The position numbers were made by a program, and so were the translations under genes. From the IMG/VR virus record IMGVR_UViG_3300042898_002817: a stretch of 64,000 nt of DNA; one strand, 5' to 3'. Numbering within the stretch: position 1 is the first letter of the stretch; every line of letters starts with the position of its first letter. A model generated the notes under the pieces. That model saw only the letters and a program-made list of their open reading frames with translations. It did not search any database and was not told the origin of the DNA. Source of the stretch: an uncultured virus (IMG/VR IMGVR_UViG_3300042898_002817) (Duplodnaviria; Heunggongvirae; Uroviricota; Caudoviricetes). Below, piece after piece: positions 10,497 through 19,757 of the stretch.

Positions 10497-10676
10497 TTAT
10501 TTTCTAGGGGTTGGTGCTGTATCATTCATTGCATTTATTTTTCTAACCCAATAATTGCGAATTTGAATAGGCAAGTTATAGATTGTATCCCAGTCCCATC
10601 GGCCACCTCCGGCCCATATTAATTCAAATATGTGATCATGCAGTTGTACTTGATCTTCAGGTTTAAAACCAAAAAA
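10497..10676 (-). CDS. Frameshift extension of the tail assembly chaperone (G-T / P2 gpE'-like)
   Basis: Overlapping frame encodes HDHIFELIWAGGGRWDWDTIYNLPIQIRNYW; it has no good independent start and is entered at CTTTTTT (10671-10677). Confidence 0.7.
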   Translation of the reverse strand, partial: FFGFKPEDQVQLHDHIFELIWAGGGRWDWDTIYNLPIQIRNYWVRKINAMNDTAPTPRK

Positions 10677-11442
10677 GGTCTGCTTGCAAGCGAAAGCTAG
10701 CATCGAAGGTGCCTCCATCTTCACCCTCAAACTGTACATTGTAGTTTATTCCAGGACTGTTTGTAGTTAAATAGGTCCTAAAGTTTTTTGCTTCAATTGC
10801 GCGCATTTCAAATTTAAGAAATTGTGTAATTGCTGCTTTATCTCGATTACCATTTATTTCAGTTATTGATAGTTCCATTAATTTGGATGCTGCATTGTCT
10901 TCACCAATTAATGATGTTTCTTTTGCAGTTATAAATTTAAACTTGAGTTGTATGCTGTTATCTGATGATGCATACTCAAATTCACCATCTTTATTAGGAA
11001 TCAATGCAAATGGTTTATGTTGCAATTTTGATAAATCAACTTCTCTAGATAATTTAGCACCTGTTTTTGGATCTTCAACTAGTACCGGATAAATTGGGCC
11101 ATAGGCATGTATTCGTGCGGCAATAATTAATTTATCTTGGTCAGAAACTGTTAAATCGTCTGGAGCTATTCCTGGAGTTAATATTAATGATTCCAATAAT
11201 TTTTTAAATATAACACCTTCTTTTAGATATGAGCTATTTGTTAAAATATCTTCATCATATGCTGTCATAAATCGCATTTCAATACTATTGCTACGTAATA
11301 TTGATGATTCTGGATATACTAGTCCGTTACTTGGCAATGTTACTATAGTCCCAGGTGTTTTAGCCCGTTGACTGTTTTCATAATTTTTTTTTGCCAATAA
11401 AACTAGATCTTGATTGTTTAATTTGCTTGAAACGTTTGTCAT
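10663..11442 (-). CDS. Tail assembly chaperone (T4 gp26-like)
   Basis: VTLPSNGLVYP...MRFMTAYDEDIL...IAARIHAYG; sits between tube and tape measure; SD AAGGA. Confidence 0.75.
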   Translation of the reverse strand: MTNVSSKLNNQDLVLLAKKNYENSQRAKTPGTIVTLPSNGLVYPESSILRSNSIEMRFMTAYDEDILTNSSYLKEGVIFKKLLESLILTPGIAPDDLTVSDQDKLIIAARIHAYGPIYPVLVEDPKTGAKLSREVDLSKLQHKPFALIPNKDGEFEYASSDNSIQLKFKFITAKETSLIGEDNAASKLMELSITEINGNRDKAAITQFLKFEMRAIEAKNFRTYLTTNSPGINYNVQFEGEDGGTFDASFRLQADLFWF

Positions 11443-11486
11443 TTGAATGTCCTTTTATAACTTTATTATAAATATGTGCGCACATG

Positions 11487-11512
11487 AAAAATGTGGGGCG
11501 ATAACCCCACAT
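11487..11512 (-). terminator. Intrinsic terminator after the tail tube gene
   Basis: Minus strand ATGTGGGG-TTATCG-CCCCACAT-TTTT. Confidence 0.85.
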
Positions 11513-11537
11513 CTACTTAAATTCTATAATTTACTGA

Positions 11538-12104
11538 TTAATATGCTAATTTAGCATAATCAAATCGAAGTGTTAAATCAATCATTACTACTTCTTCAGC
11601 TGACCAATCTAGTGCACCAAAATTGGCTTCAGTTATAAATGCACCAATTAGATTCCATTCTTCAATTATTTCACCTAATGGCGATAATTGTTGAAGTTGA
11701 ATATTTTTTTTATACATTTCAGAATAACCATCACGTCCTGTTACAGACTCATGATGTAATCTTACCCATTCTATAACGGCGCCTGCAGCAGAAGGTTCAA
11801 TTGGATCATACAATGTTATTGCCATTGTATTCCATACTGATTTTCCTTTTACGTATCTTTGCACGTTAATATGATCCAATGTAATTTCACCATTTGATAT
11901 AGTAGGTTTTGCAGCAGTCTTAATAAGATATGCAGGAATTCCAGCTATGCTCATAATAAATTGATGTTGTTTTTTTGGTTCCCAATTATATGCGTTACGG
12001 AAAAACGCATTATCAGTTCCAAAATCAGCAAGATCTGTGTCTACGCCTGTTGCTGTTCCTAATCTGCCGTTTAAGGTGTCATCCCATGTATTATCTAATG
12101 CCAT
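11538..12104 (-). CDS. Tail tube protein (gp19-like)
   Basis: WEPKKQHQF, GKSVWNTMAITLYDPI, EEWNLIGAFI, LTLRFDYA; follows the sheath gene. Confidence 0.9.
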   Translation of the reverse strand: MALDNTWDDTLNGRLGTATGVDTDLADFGTDNAFFRNAYNWEPKKQHQFIMSIAGIPAYLIKTAAKPTISNGEITLDHINVQRYVKGKSVWNTMAITLYDPIEPSAAGAVIEWVRLHHESVTGRDGYSEMYKKNIQLQQLSPLGEIIEEWNLIGAFITEANFGALDWSAEEVVMIDLTLRFDYAKLAY

Positions 12105-12183
12105 ATTATTCCTGTATTATTTTTGTATTGGTTTCTTATTTTAATATAAATATCAATTGATATTAAAAATAATATATTAATTG

Positions 12184-14913
12184 TTACTGTCCTGGAAATG
12201 CTGCTCCCGTTGGTTGAATATTAAAGTCTAAAACAATGAATTCAGCCGTACGTGTTGGCTGCAAAAATATTTGTCCGTATAAAATATTCTGATCAATTAA
12301 TGCTGGCGTATTATTTGATGCATCCATTACTACTTTAAATGCAAATAATCCTTGATTGGCTTGCACTTGAGTCATATATGGTTCAACAATATTTAAAAAT
12401 CTAGATCTAGTTTGCAATGTATTTTGTTCAAATACTAGATACCTTGTTGATGATGCAATAAATTTCTTAACTGCAATAAGTAGTCGACGTACATTTACTC
12501 GATCCAATGCACTAGGCACTGCTTGCAATGTTTTCTGACCCCATATAGCTATTCCATCATTAGGAAAGTTTGCAATTGGATTAATACGATTTTCATACAA
12601 TGTATCACGATTTGCTTGTGTTAAATTTACATATGTATCCAATACTCCAGTTATGCCTCCACGACTTAATCCAGCTGGTGCATACCATGGTGCTGCTACT
12701 CGGTCATTAAATGCTAATACTCCTGGAACAACTACTGATGGTGGTACATATACCGGTGTATTAGTTGATGGGTTTAAAATTTGAACCCATGGCCAATAGC
12801 TGGCTACATAGTTATTATCAATTACAGCTGTGTCTGTTACTACATTGGTGATTGATGAATCAATACCATGTGTATCCATAACATAAAATGTATCTTGTCG
12901 CATTTGTACCAATGATCTTGCAAGACTTGTTACATTGCCATGTTTATTGTTTAATATTCCCGGTGTTATTAACATGTTCATATCATAGTAATCAGTGTTA
13001 CTTAACAATGTGAATGCTTTATTATATGCTTTTGTCCCAGGTGAAGTGGATGTCGAACAATCAAATCCAAATACGTTGCCTTCTGTAATATTGGCACCTG
13101 AATATTTTGGTAGATTTGGACGTGCTCCATCAAATCCGAATTGCATTGGTACTATAAACTTGCGGGTTGATAAAGCAATATTGGTTGCTGTAGTTCCTGC
13201 TGTTATGGCTGCATCAATTGACCCTGTATATGGTGCTGTTAATGATGGCCATGCTGTTTGTGCACTTTGTAACACGGCGCCTAAATTAAAATCTAAATTA
13301 GATCCTGTTGTTGAGCCGCTAGTTGGTACTGGAGCTAAATAATTTAAATTGTTAACATTGGTATAATCAAATCCAAAATATGTGGATGCATTATATGTGC
13401 CGGTTGCAGCTTGTGATGTTACATACTCTACTGATTTTAAATTTACAGATCCGGATGGAAATGCTATCGGTGAATATACTGATCTAAATCCAAATGGCAA
13501 CAATGTTTTTGAATTTGCTTGTGATTCAACACTAGGTTCAATTTCTACTCGAATATATTTAGATTGATTTAAATATGTACCCGAAGTAATTATATCTCCA
13601 GAATCTGTAATTGTTGTTGATTTATCTCCAATCACTCTTCCAATATATTTTGGAGATTTTGGATCTAAATTAACATTAAATGTTTCTAATATTTCTGGTT
13701 GACTGTCAGTGTCTTGTGATGAATATGGTGAATTAGCAATATTTGATGTATTAACACGTCTTACAACAACTGTAAATTCACCGTATCCATTTGTAGCGGA
13801 TATTTCTCCCGGAAATTTTATGTTTGAAATTCCAATTTTTAATTCATGATTTGCACTAGTGCCATGAGAAATTGTATAAAATTTAAATAGGTCTTTAGCT
13901 GTTGAACCTTGTTTTTGTGAAGTGATCCATGGTGTTTCTGCACTTCTATAATCTGCTTCTAATGCATGATTCGATATTAATGCTAACTTAAGTGTTACAT
14001 TGCCTAGATTAGCAAATAATGTTTGTGGTTGTGGATGTTCGTATTGAACATATACTGGATAGTCTCGTGATTTTGGAGATTTACCAAATATGCTAGTTAT
14101 ATATGATGGTGTTGTTGACTGTATTGAACAACTAGTGTTAGCAGTAGGTGCAGTTAAAAATGCTTTATATCCTGGTATAGCGGTATCTACTTGATATGAT
14201 CCGGATACTTTTAATGCAAATGAACCCGATCCTGCATCTGCTAATGTTGAATTTTGAAATATATTTGTTGCACCAGTGCTAGATATGGTTTCTGTTGGAT
14301 GCAATACATGAGTTACATGAGATGTAATCTCGGCGCCTCCAGTAAAAGATGTTAGTGAACCTGTTGGGCCGCCAAAAAATGCGTTGCCGGCGGTGCCTGC
14401 TGTTGTTGCTGTTACTGTTAAAGTTTGACCAGAAAATGAAGCTGTAACTGTTGCTATTGCATTTATAGAAGCTGAAACATTATTAAATACAATTTGTTGC
14501 GTAGAACCTGAAAGCGATACCGTTGTTCCTGCAAACGAAGCAGAATATTGTGATCCTGTAGCACTTGTTAAATTAAGTGTAAATGATGCTGGAGTTAAAC
14601 TTCCTGATTCAGCAATTATTGCAAGTGCACCATCAGTTAATTTGTATCCATCTTCATACAATAATCGTGTTACTGTTATTGTGTTGCCATTTCTTAAATA
14701 ATCATTTACCACAAACGGAACATATGAATCATCTGTATATGATCCAAATATTGTTGTAAAATCTGCAAAGCTTGTAATTTGCGTTGGTACTAATGCTGGT
14801 CCTTTTGTTGTAGGTCCTACAATTGCTGCACCTATACTAGCAATTCCACCTGCTAAAAATGATTGATCTACTTCTTTTGTAAACACTCCAGGTGATACTA
14901 TTCTTTCTGCCAT
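12184..14913 (-). CDS. Contractile tail sheath protein (gp18-like)
   Basis: SPGVFTKEVDQS N-terminus; PWYAPAG, WGQKTL, RVNVRRLL, FEQN, PTRTAEFI; SD AGGAG. Confidence 0.96.
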   Translation of the reverse strand: MAERIVSPGVFTKEVDQSFLAGGIASIGAAIVGPTTKGPALVPTQITSFADFTTIFGSYTDDSYVPFVVNDYLRNGNTITVTRLLYEDGYKLTDGALAIIAESGSLTPASFTLNLTSATGSQYSASFAGTTVSLSGSTQQIVFNNVSASINAIATVTASFSGQTLTVTATTAGTAGNAFFGGPTGSLTSFTGGAEITSHVTHVLHPTETISSTGATNIFQNSTLADAGSGSFALKVSGSYQVDTAIPGYKAFLTAPTANTSCSIQSTTPSYITSIFGKSPKSRDYPVYVQYEHPQPQTLFANLGNVTLKLALISNHALEADYRSAETPWITSQKQGSTAKDLFKFYTISHGTSANHELKIGISNIKFPGEISATNGYGEFTVVVRRVNTSNIANSPYSSQDTDSQPEILETFNVNLDPKSPKYIGRVIGDKSTTITDSGDIITSGTYLNQSKYIRVEIEPSVESQANSKTLLPFGFRSVYSPIAFPSGSVNLKSVEYVTSQAATGTYNASTYFGFDYTNVNNLNYLAPVPTSGSTTGSNLDFNLGAVLQSAQTAWPSLTAPYTGSIDAAITAGTTATNIALSTRKFIVPMQFGFDGARPNLPKYSGANITEGNVFGFDCSTSTSPGTKAYNKAFTLLSNTDYYDMNMLITPGILNNKHGNVTSLARSLVQMRQDTFYVMDTHGIDSSITNVVTDTAVIDNNYVASYWPWVQILNPSTNTPVYVPPSVVVPGVLAFNDRVAAPWYAPAGLSRGGITGVLDTYVNLTQANRDTLYENRINPIANFPNDGIAIWGQKTLQAVPSALDRVNVRRLLIAVKKFIASSTRYLVFEQNTLQTRSRFLNIVEPYMTQVQANQGLFAFKVVMDASNNTPALIDQNILYGQIFLQPTRTAEFIVLDFNIQPTGAAFPGQ

Positions 14914-14948
14914 TTTATTACTCCTATATTTTTTATATAAATATGATG

Positions 14949-15230
14949 TTATTCAACCAAACCGGTACTAGGAGTAAATGTTCCTTCATTAATGTTAACT
15001 TGTCCTTCGCCGTATCGTTCTCGCAACGTTTCTAATAATTCAGATTCTTTTATTTGCAAGGCTTCAAATTCGGCAATTGCTGTATCTTGATTTGAATTTA
15101 ATTTGTCAATTTCTTTTTGCAACATAATTATGCGAATTGAATTGTTTCCGATTACATTGGAATTTTCTGCAAATTCATCCCGTAATTGTTGAATTAATAA
15201 TAAGTGTTCTTCATCCAGTTTTTTGGTCAT
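14949..15230 (-). CDS. Small coiled-coil hypothetical protein
   Basis: 93 aa with a heptad pattern; SD AAAGGA; class-A promoter upstream. Confidence 0.75.
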   Translation of the reverse strand: MTKKLDEEHLLLIQQLRDEFAENSNVIGNNSIRIIMLQKEIDKLNSNQDTAIAEFEALQIKESELLETLRERYGEGQVNINEGTFTPSTGLVE

Positions 15231-15251
15231 AGCTTGTTTCCTTTTTATTTT

Positions 15252-15280
15252 AATATATGTAATTTATCATGATAATCCAA
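15252..15280 (-). promoter_or_regulatory. Class-A promoter TTGGAT-N17-TATATT
   Basis: -35 at 15275-15280, -10 at 15252-15257. Confidence 0.65.
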
Positions 15281-15294
15281 GTATTATGTAGGGT

Positions 15295-15621
15295 TTAAGT
15301 TATTTCCATATAAGATAGTAGTGCGTCAGAACCACTTTGAAATGGTGTACTAATTTTTAGTGAATCACCGGTCTGTAATGCTATTGTATCTGATATAGGC
15401 TGAAATGATGCTTGAACCGGAACTGTTGACCCTGAAATTAAATAATAATTGATAGCAGATCCACTCTTGTTTAAAATAACATCTATGGTAACTCCACTAG
15501 AAGTTACATTTGCAATGTATAAACTTTTTACAAGAGTAGTTGTACCTAAGGGTGTTGTGTAAATTGTTGTAGAACCACTTGCGTTAAGTTCGTTTGCGTT
15601 TATTTTGTAAGTATTAGCCAT
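15295..15621 (-). CDS. Small beta-rich virion/fibre-associated protein
   Basis: 108 aa, Ser/Thr-rich, in the fibre cluster. Confidence 0.65.
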   Translation of the reverse strand: MANTYKINANELNASGSTTIYTTPLGTTTLVKSLYIANVTSSGVTIDVILNKSGSAINYYLISGSTVPVQASFQPISDTIALQTGDSLKISTPFQSGSDALLSYMEIT

Positions 15622-15877
15622 TATTTTGTATATTGTTTGTTTCGATTAATAAAGGTTTAGATAGTCCCATTGTGTATACTTCAGGATACCATTCTATTTG
15701 AAAAAATTCATAAGCTTCTTGTTCTGTGTCAAACCAATACCATCCATCTATTGGATAGGTATAAGTATCTTTTTCTTCTATTAGTAGTTTGTATTGGTCA
15801 TAAGGCCCGAATACATAATTGGGGCCATATATTACTATTCCGCTTGGGTCTACTTTATAAAATCCCGGTGTATCCAT
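15614..15877 (-). CDS. Hypothetical protein (possible fibre chaperone)
   Basis: 87 aa directly downstream of the LRR fibre gene; has its own ATATTTAT motif. Confidence 0.65.
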   Translation of the reverse strand: MDTPGFYKVDPSGIVIYGPNYVFGPYDQYKLLIEEKDTYTYPIDGWYWFDTEQEAYEFFQIEWYPEVYTMGLSKPLLIETNNIQNNG

Positions 15878-15931
15878 ATTCTTTATTTATTATAAATATT
15901 CTAATGTGTTTATATTCTTTATTTAGTACAA

Positions 15932-18871
15932 TTATCCTGTTACAGCCCATCCTTTTGCTGTTGCAATTGAGGGAGTATCATTTGCTGCACCCCAGTTACC
16001 AGTAACTGTAATGGTTTTTCCTGCACCTGTTGCAGATGCATTAGTATAAATTTCATTTAATGCTGTTGAATCTAAATTATTGCTTGAAACATCAAAACTA
16101 GCATTCATTCCGGTGGCGCGCATTCTTCTTAAGTTACCGGATCCAAAGTTGCCAATAGTTGTACTAGAAGTCATATTTAATGCTGGGATTTCAGTAGTGC
16201 CGCCGTTTTGAAACATGTTGGAGAAACTGGTTCCACGAGATGTATCCATTAATGGAATATTTTTTAGTGACGAACAGTTAGCAAAACAACTACCAAAATC
16301 AGTTACTTTGGATGAATTAAAGCCACCAATATCCATTAATGTAGTGCAATTTGCAAACAGAGAAGCAAAAGATGTAGCTACTGCAGTATCTAAATATGGT
16401 ACTGATTTTAATGCAATGCATGAACCAAACATGTTAGATATACTAGTACATTTAGTTAAATTAAAAATTGGTATAGTTGTAAGTGTTGTACAAGACTGAA
16501 ACATACCTGATACAGTTGTAGCTTGGCCTAAATCATAAGCCGGGACTTTTGCTAAATTAGTACAACTTGAAAACATGAAACTAAAATCAGTTCCTTTAGA
16601 TGTATTAAGAAATGGTGCTTCTCTAATACCAGAAGATTGAAACATGGACGCAAAACTTGTTGCATTAGAAGTTTCAAGTGCAGGAACTGATACTAAATTA
16701 GTACAATTTGTAAACATATTAGTACAGTTTGTGAGCCTTGCAAAATTTAATTTTGGTATAGATCTCAATGATACCGCACCATTAAATAAATTTGTTCCGG
16801 ATGTCACATTTATTGTATCAAACCATGGTATGGTTACTAAACTCCTGCAAGTTTGAAACATTGAAGTTATATCTGTTAAACTACGTGTGTTTGTAAAAAT
16901 TGGACATGTTTTAAGTGATAAACAGCCGCTAAACGTAGTTGACATAGTTGAATTTGCACTTAGATCCAACGTTGATGGTAATGATTCTAATTGGTAACAG
17001 TTGTTGAATGCAGTAGACCATGAACTAACTTTTGAAGTATTACCAATAAATTTAACTTGTTTTAAACTATAGCAGTTTTGCCATGTTGCGATGAAACTAG
17101 TATTGTTACTAACATTTAGTGGAGGATGTTTTTCTAAAGAATAACAATTAGCAAATGTACTATTATAGGTTGTAACAGCACTACTAAATGTAGCATTTAT
17201 TTTTTGTAGTGTATAACATGCGTTAAAAGTATTAGACCAAGATGTTACATTTTGAGAATTTAATAGTGTTATTTCTTTAAGGTTATTGCAACCGTTAAAC
17301 ATGGTTTGAGCATTATTTGCATTAGTAAAATCTAATGGAGGGAGTTTTTGCAAATTAGGACATGTTTGAAACATGTTGGAAAAAGTAGTACCGTTTGTTG
17401 TATAAAAGGATACAACTTCTACTAAACTTCTACAATTTGCAAACATGCTAGTAAAATTCGTTATGCTATTTGATCCGGAATACTCAAATGTTTCTAATTG
17501 CCCTGGGTGTAAAATAGTTCCGGTGCTTGACAGCACTATTGACGTAACTAGATTGCCGGCCATTTTAATTGACTTCCAGCTATTATTGCTACCGTTAACT
17601 AAGGAACCTGTTGGTAGTGTTGGTCGAGGGCTAAAATTGACAGAACTAAAACTTGTAGCACTGCCTGATAAAGTTACAGTAATTAAAGCTGGTTTGTATA
17701 AATCAGTTACTGAGTATATTGAGCTTGTTAAGGCTGCAAATGAAGCAGTTGTATATTGTTTTGACCCAGTTGCAGCTGAATTATAATTGTTTGAAGTACC
17801 ATCTCCCCAATTAACTGTGTATCCACCACCTCCATTTGTTGAAATTTGTAATCCAACAAAATTTGAGTTATTGTTATAAACACCATACCATGCCACTATT
17901 TGGTTGTTAGATATTGCAGGAAGTGGTGGCAAACCGCCGCTTATGTTAATTGAGGGTGCAGTTGAAAAACGTGATGAACCAGATGTAACAGATATTGTTG
18001 ATACTGTGTTTCCGGATAATACTGCAACTGCTGATGTGTCTTGTAGAGCTGCTCCTTGTATTTGTACGGTTGGTGGAGTAGTATATCCACCACCACCATT
18101 TATAACACCAATAGAGCCTATTCCGGCTATAAGAGATGATGATATAACTGCTCCGGTTCCAGTAGGACTTGTTATTGTTAAAGTTGGGTTTGAGGTATAT
18201 CCTCTACCACTACGTAATACAGGTACTAGTACAGCTTGTGTTCCTCCAGCTGCTAACCCTCCGCCACTTACTGTTATTGTTGGAAAAGATGTAGAAATAT
18301 AATTGCTACCTGATGTTGTAATAGTAACACCTGTTACCTTTCCATTTGTTATTGTAGCTGACCCAGTTGCGGTTTTAAGGGGTCTCCAAGTAGGATTGAT
18401 TGTAGGGGCTGAAAAAGATAATGTAGGTGCTGTTGAGTATGGTCCTCCTCCATCTGCTATAATTACATCTTGGATTGAGTACAAGGGAACAACTGCAGTT
18501 ATAACACCGCTACTGACAGTAGATACATATGCTGCAGCATCTTGGCCTCCACCATTAGAAAAACTCATTGTAACGTTTAAATTACTAGCAGGATATCCTG
18601 TACCGCCCGTATATGTTATCATGTTGGCTATTGACCCGTTTGATAATGATGCGGTAGCAATCGAGCCAGAACCTCCTCCTGTTGCAGACCCGGTAAAAAG
18701 TGGGGTGGTATCCTTATAAGGAGGACTTGACATTAGATTAGTATCAGTAGAATATGCATCATTTTGTGTAAAAAATCTAGTATCAAAATTTTTGTTTCTA
18801 GATATTATACCTTGATTATCAAGTCCTAGTGTTGGATTACCTATATATCCATTATTGTCTTTTTTAGCCAT
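15932..18871 (-). CDS. Tail fibre/adhesin with Gly-rich N-terminal repeats and BspA/DUF285-like leucine-rich repeats
   Basis: GxGYTxxPT repeats, then many ~22-aa MFxxCxxLxxIPxLDTS repeats. Confidence 0.75.
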   Translation of the reverse strand: MAKKDNNGYIGNPTLGLDNQGIISRNKNFDTRFFTQNDAYSTDTNLMSSPPYKDTTPLFTGSATGGGSGSIATASLSNGSIANMITYTGGTGYPASNLNVTMSFSNGGGQDAAAYVSTVSSGVITAVVPLYSIQDVIIADGGGPYSTAPTLSFSAPTINPTWRPLKTATGSATITNGKVTGVTITTSGSNYISTSFPTITVSGGGLAAGGTQAVLVPVLRSGRGYTSNPTLTITSPTGTGAVISSSLIAGIGSIGVINGGGGYTTPPTVQIQGAALQDTSAVAVLSGNTVSTISVTSGSSRFSTAPSINISGGLPPLPAISNNQIVAWYGVYNNNSNFVGLQISTNGGGGYTVNWGDGTSNNYNSAATGSKQYTTASFAALTSSIYSVTDLYKPALITVTLSGSATSFSSVNFSPRPTLPTGSLVNGSNNSWKSIKMAGNLVTSIVLSSTGTILHPGQLETFEYSGSNSITNFTSMFANCRSLVEVVSFYTTNGTTFSNMFQTCPNLQKLPPLDFTNANNAQTMFNGCNNLKEITLLNSQNVTSWSNTFNACYTLQKINATFSSAVTTYNSTFANCYSLEKHPPLNVSNNTSFIATWQNCYSLKQVKFIGNTSKVSSWSTAFNNCYQLESLPSTLDLSANSTMSTTFSGCLSLKTCPIFTNTRSLTDITSMFQTCRSLVTIPWFDTINVTSGTNLFNGAVSLRSIPKLNFARLTNCTNMFTNCTNLVSVPALETSNATSFASMFQSSGIREAPFLNTSKGTDFSFMFSSCTNLAKVPAYDLGQATTVSGMFQSCTTLTTIPIFNLTKCTSISNMFGSCIALKSVPYLDTAVATSFASLFANCTTLMDIGGFNSSKVTDFGSCFANCSSLKNIPLMDTSRGTSFSNMFQNGGTTEIPALNMTSSTTIGNFGSGNLRRMRATGMNASFDVSSNNLDSTALNEIYTNASATGAGKTITVTGNWGAANDTPSIATAKGWAVTG

Positions 18872-18878
18872 ATCATTA

Positions 18879-19748
18879 TTACATTAAAAAATAAAATTGT
18901 GCTTCAACAGCTGTTGTGTCACCTCCGCCGCCACCTCCTGCTACTGCTAAAGCAAATGAAGCAGTTACTGCTCTAGATGCTGAAGGAACAGTTTGTGCCC
19001 AATTTGCTTTACCATCTGATGTTTGGGAAACTAATACTTTACCTACACCTTCAGTACCATCCACTAATTGGACTGAATATGCATTTGTAGGTGGGTTATA
19101 ACCACCATTACCAGTAGCATCAAAATAACCACCTATACCATCGCCTATACTTCCAAATTCAGAAGTAAAAACGGTGCTATATACTCCGTATGCTGCTGTA
19201 GTGCCATTTATTCCCTGAAATTGACCACCATATGAAGTTAGTGGCGTTCCCGTTCCTCCTCCGATGGCTAATATTCCTATTTCTGTCCCGCGCGAATCAA
19301 TACCAGTACCAGCAGTACTCCAGTAAGCTTGGTTTACGAATAAACCTGTGGTTATTGCTGAGACTGGTGGGTAAAGGGATACTAATGTTGTTGATGCAGG
19401 AGTAAATCCAATGTAAACTGAATCATTATTAGAATTTAATATACTTCCAGTTAATGTTAATGGACCGCTAGCTGAACCTGACCATCTTGCTAATGCATTG
19501 TTTGTTGCTGTTGAGTTTCTTGCAATTATAGATCCAGACACTGAAAGACTTCCAGTTACTCCTAACGAACCTGTAATTTGTGCGGATCCTGTATATGGGA
19601 ATGCTGCACCACCTCCACCATTTAATGCAAACGATGCAGTTAATGCATATGAAGCTGATACAACACTTCCTAATAAAGTTTGAGCAGTCGAAGCATAAGA
19701 TGCACTTAATGCGTTAATTTCTTTTCCTAATATTTTTGTAGTTGGCAT
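18879..19748 (-). CDS. Tail fibre-like protein
   Basis: Gly/Ser/Thr-rich; SASYALTASFALNGGG..FPYTGSAQITGSL module. Confidence 0.65.
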   Translation of the reverse strand: MPTTKILGKEINALSASYASTAQTLLGSVVSASYALTASFALNGGGGAAFPYTGSAQITGSLGVTGSLSVSGSIIARNSTATNNALARWSGSASGPLTLTGSILNSNNDSVYIGFTPASTTLVSLYPPVSAITTGLFVNQAYWSTAGTGIDSRGTEIGILAIGGGTGTPLTSYGGQFQGINGTTAAYGVYSTVFTSEFGSIGDGIGGYFDATGNGGYNPPTNAYSVQLVDGTEGVGKVLVSQTSDGKANWAQTVPSASRAVTASFALAVAGGGGGGDTTAVEAQFYFLM

Positions 19749-19757
19749 AGTGTATCT

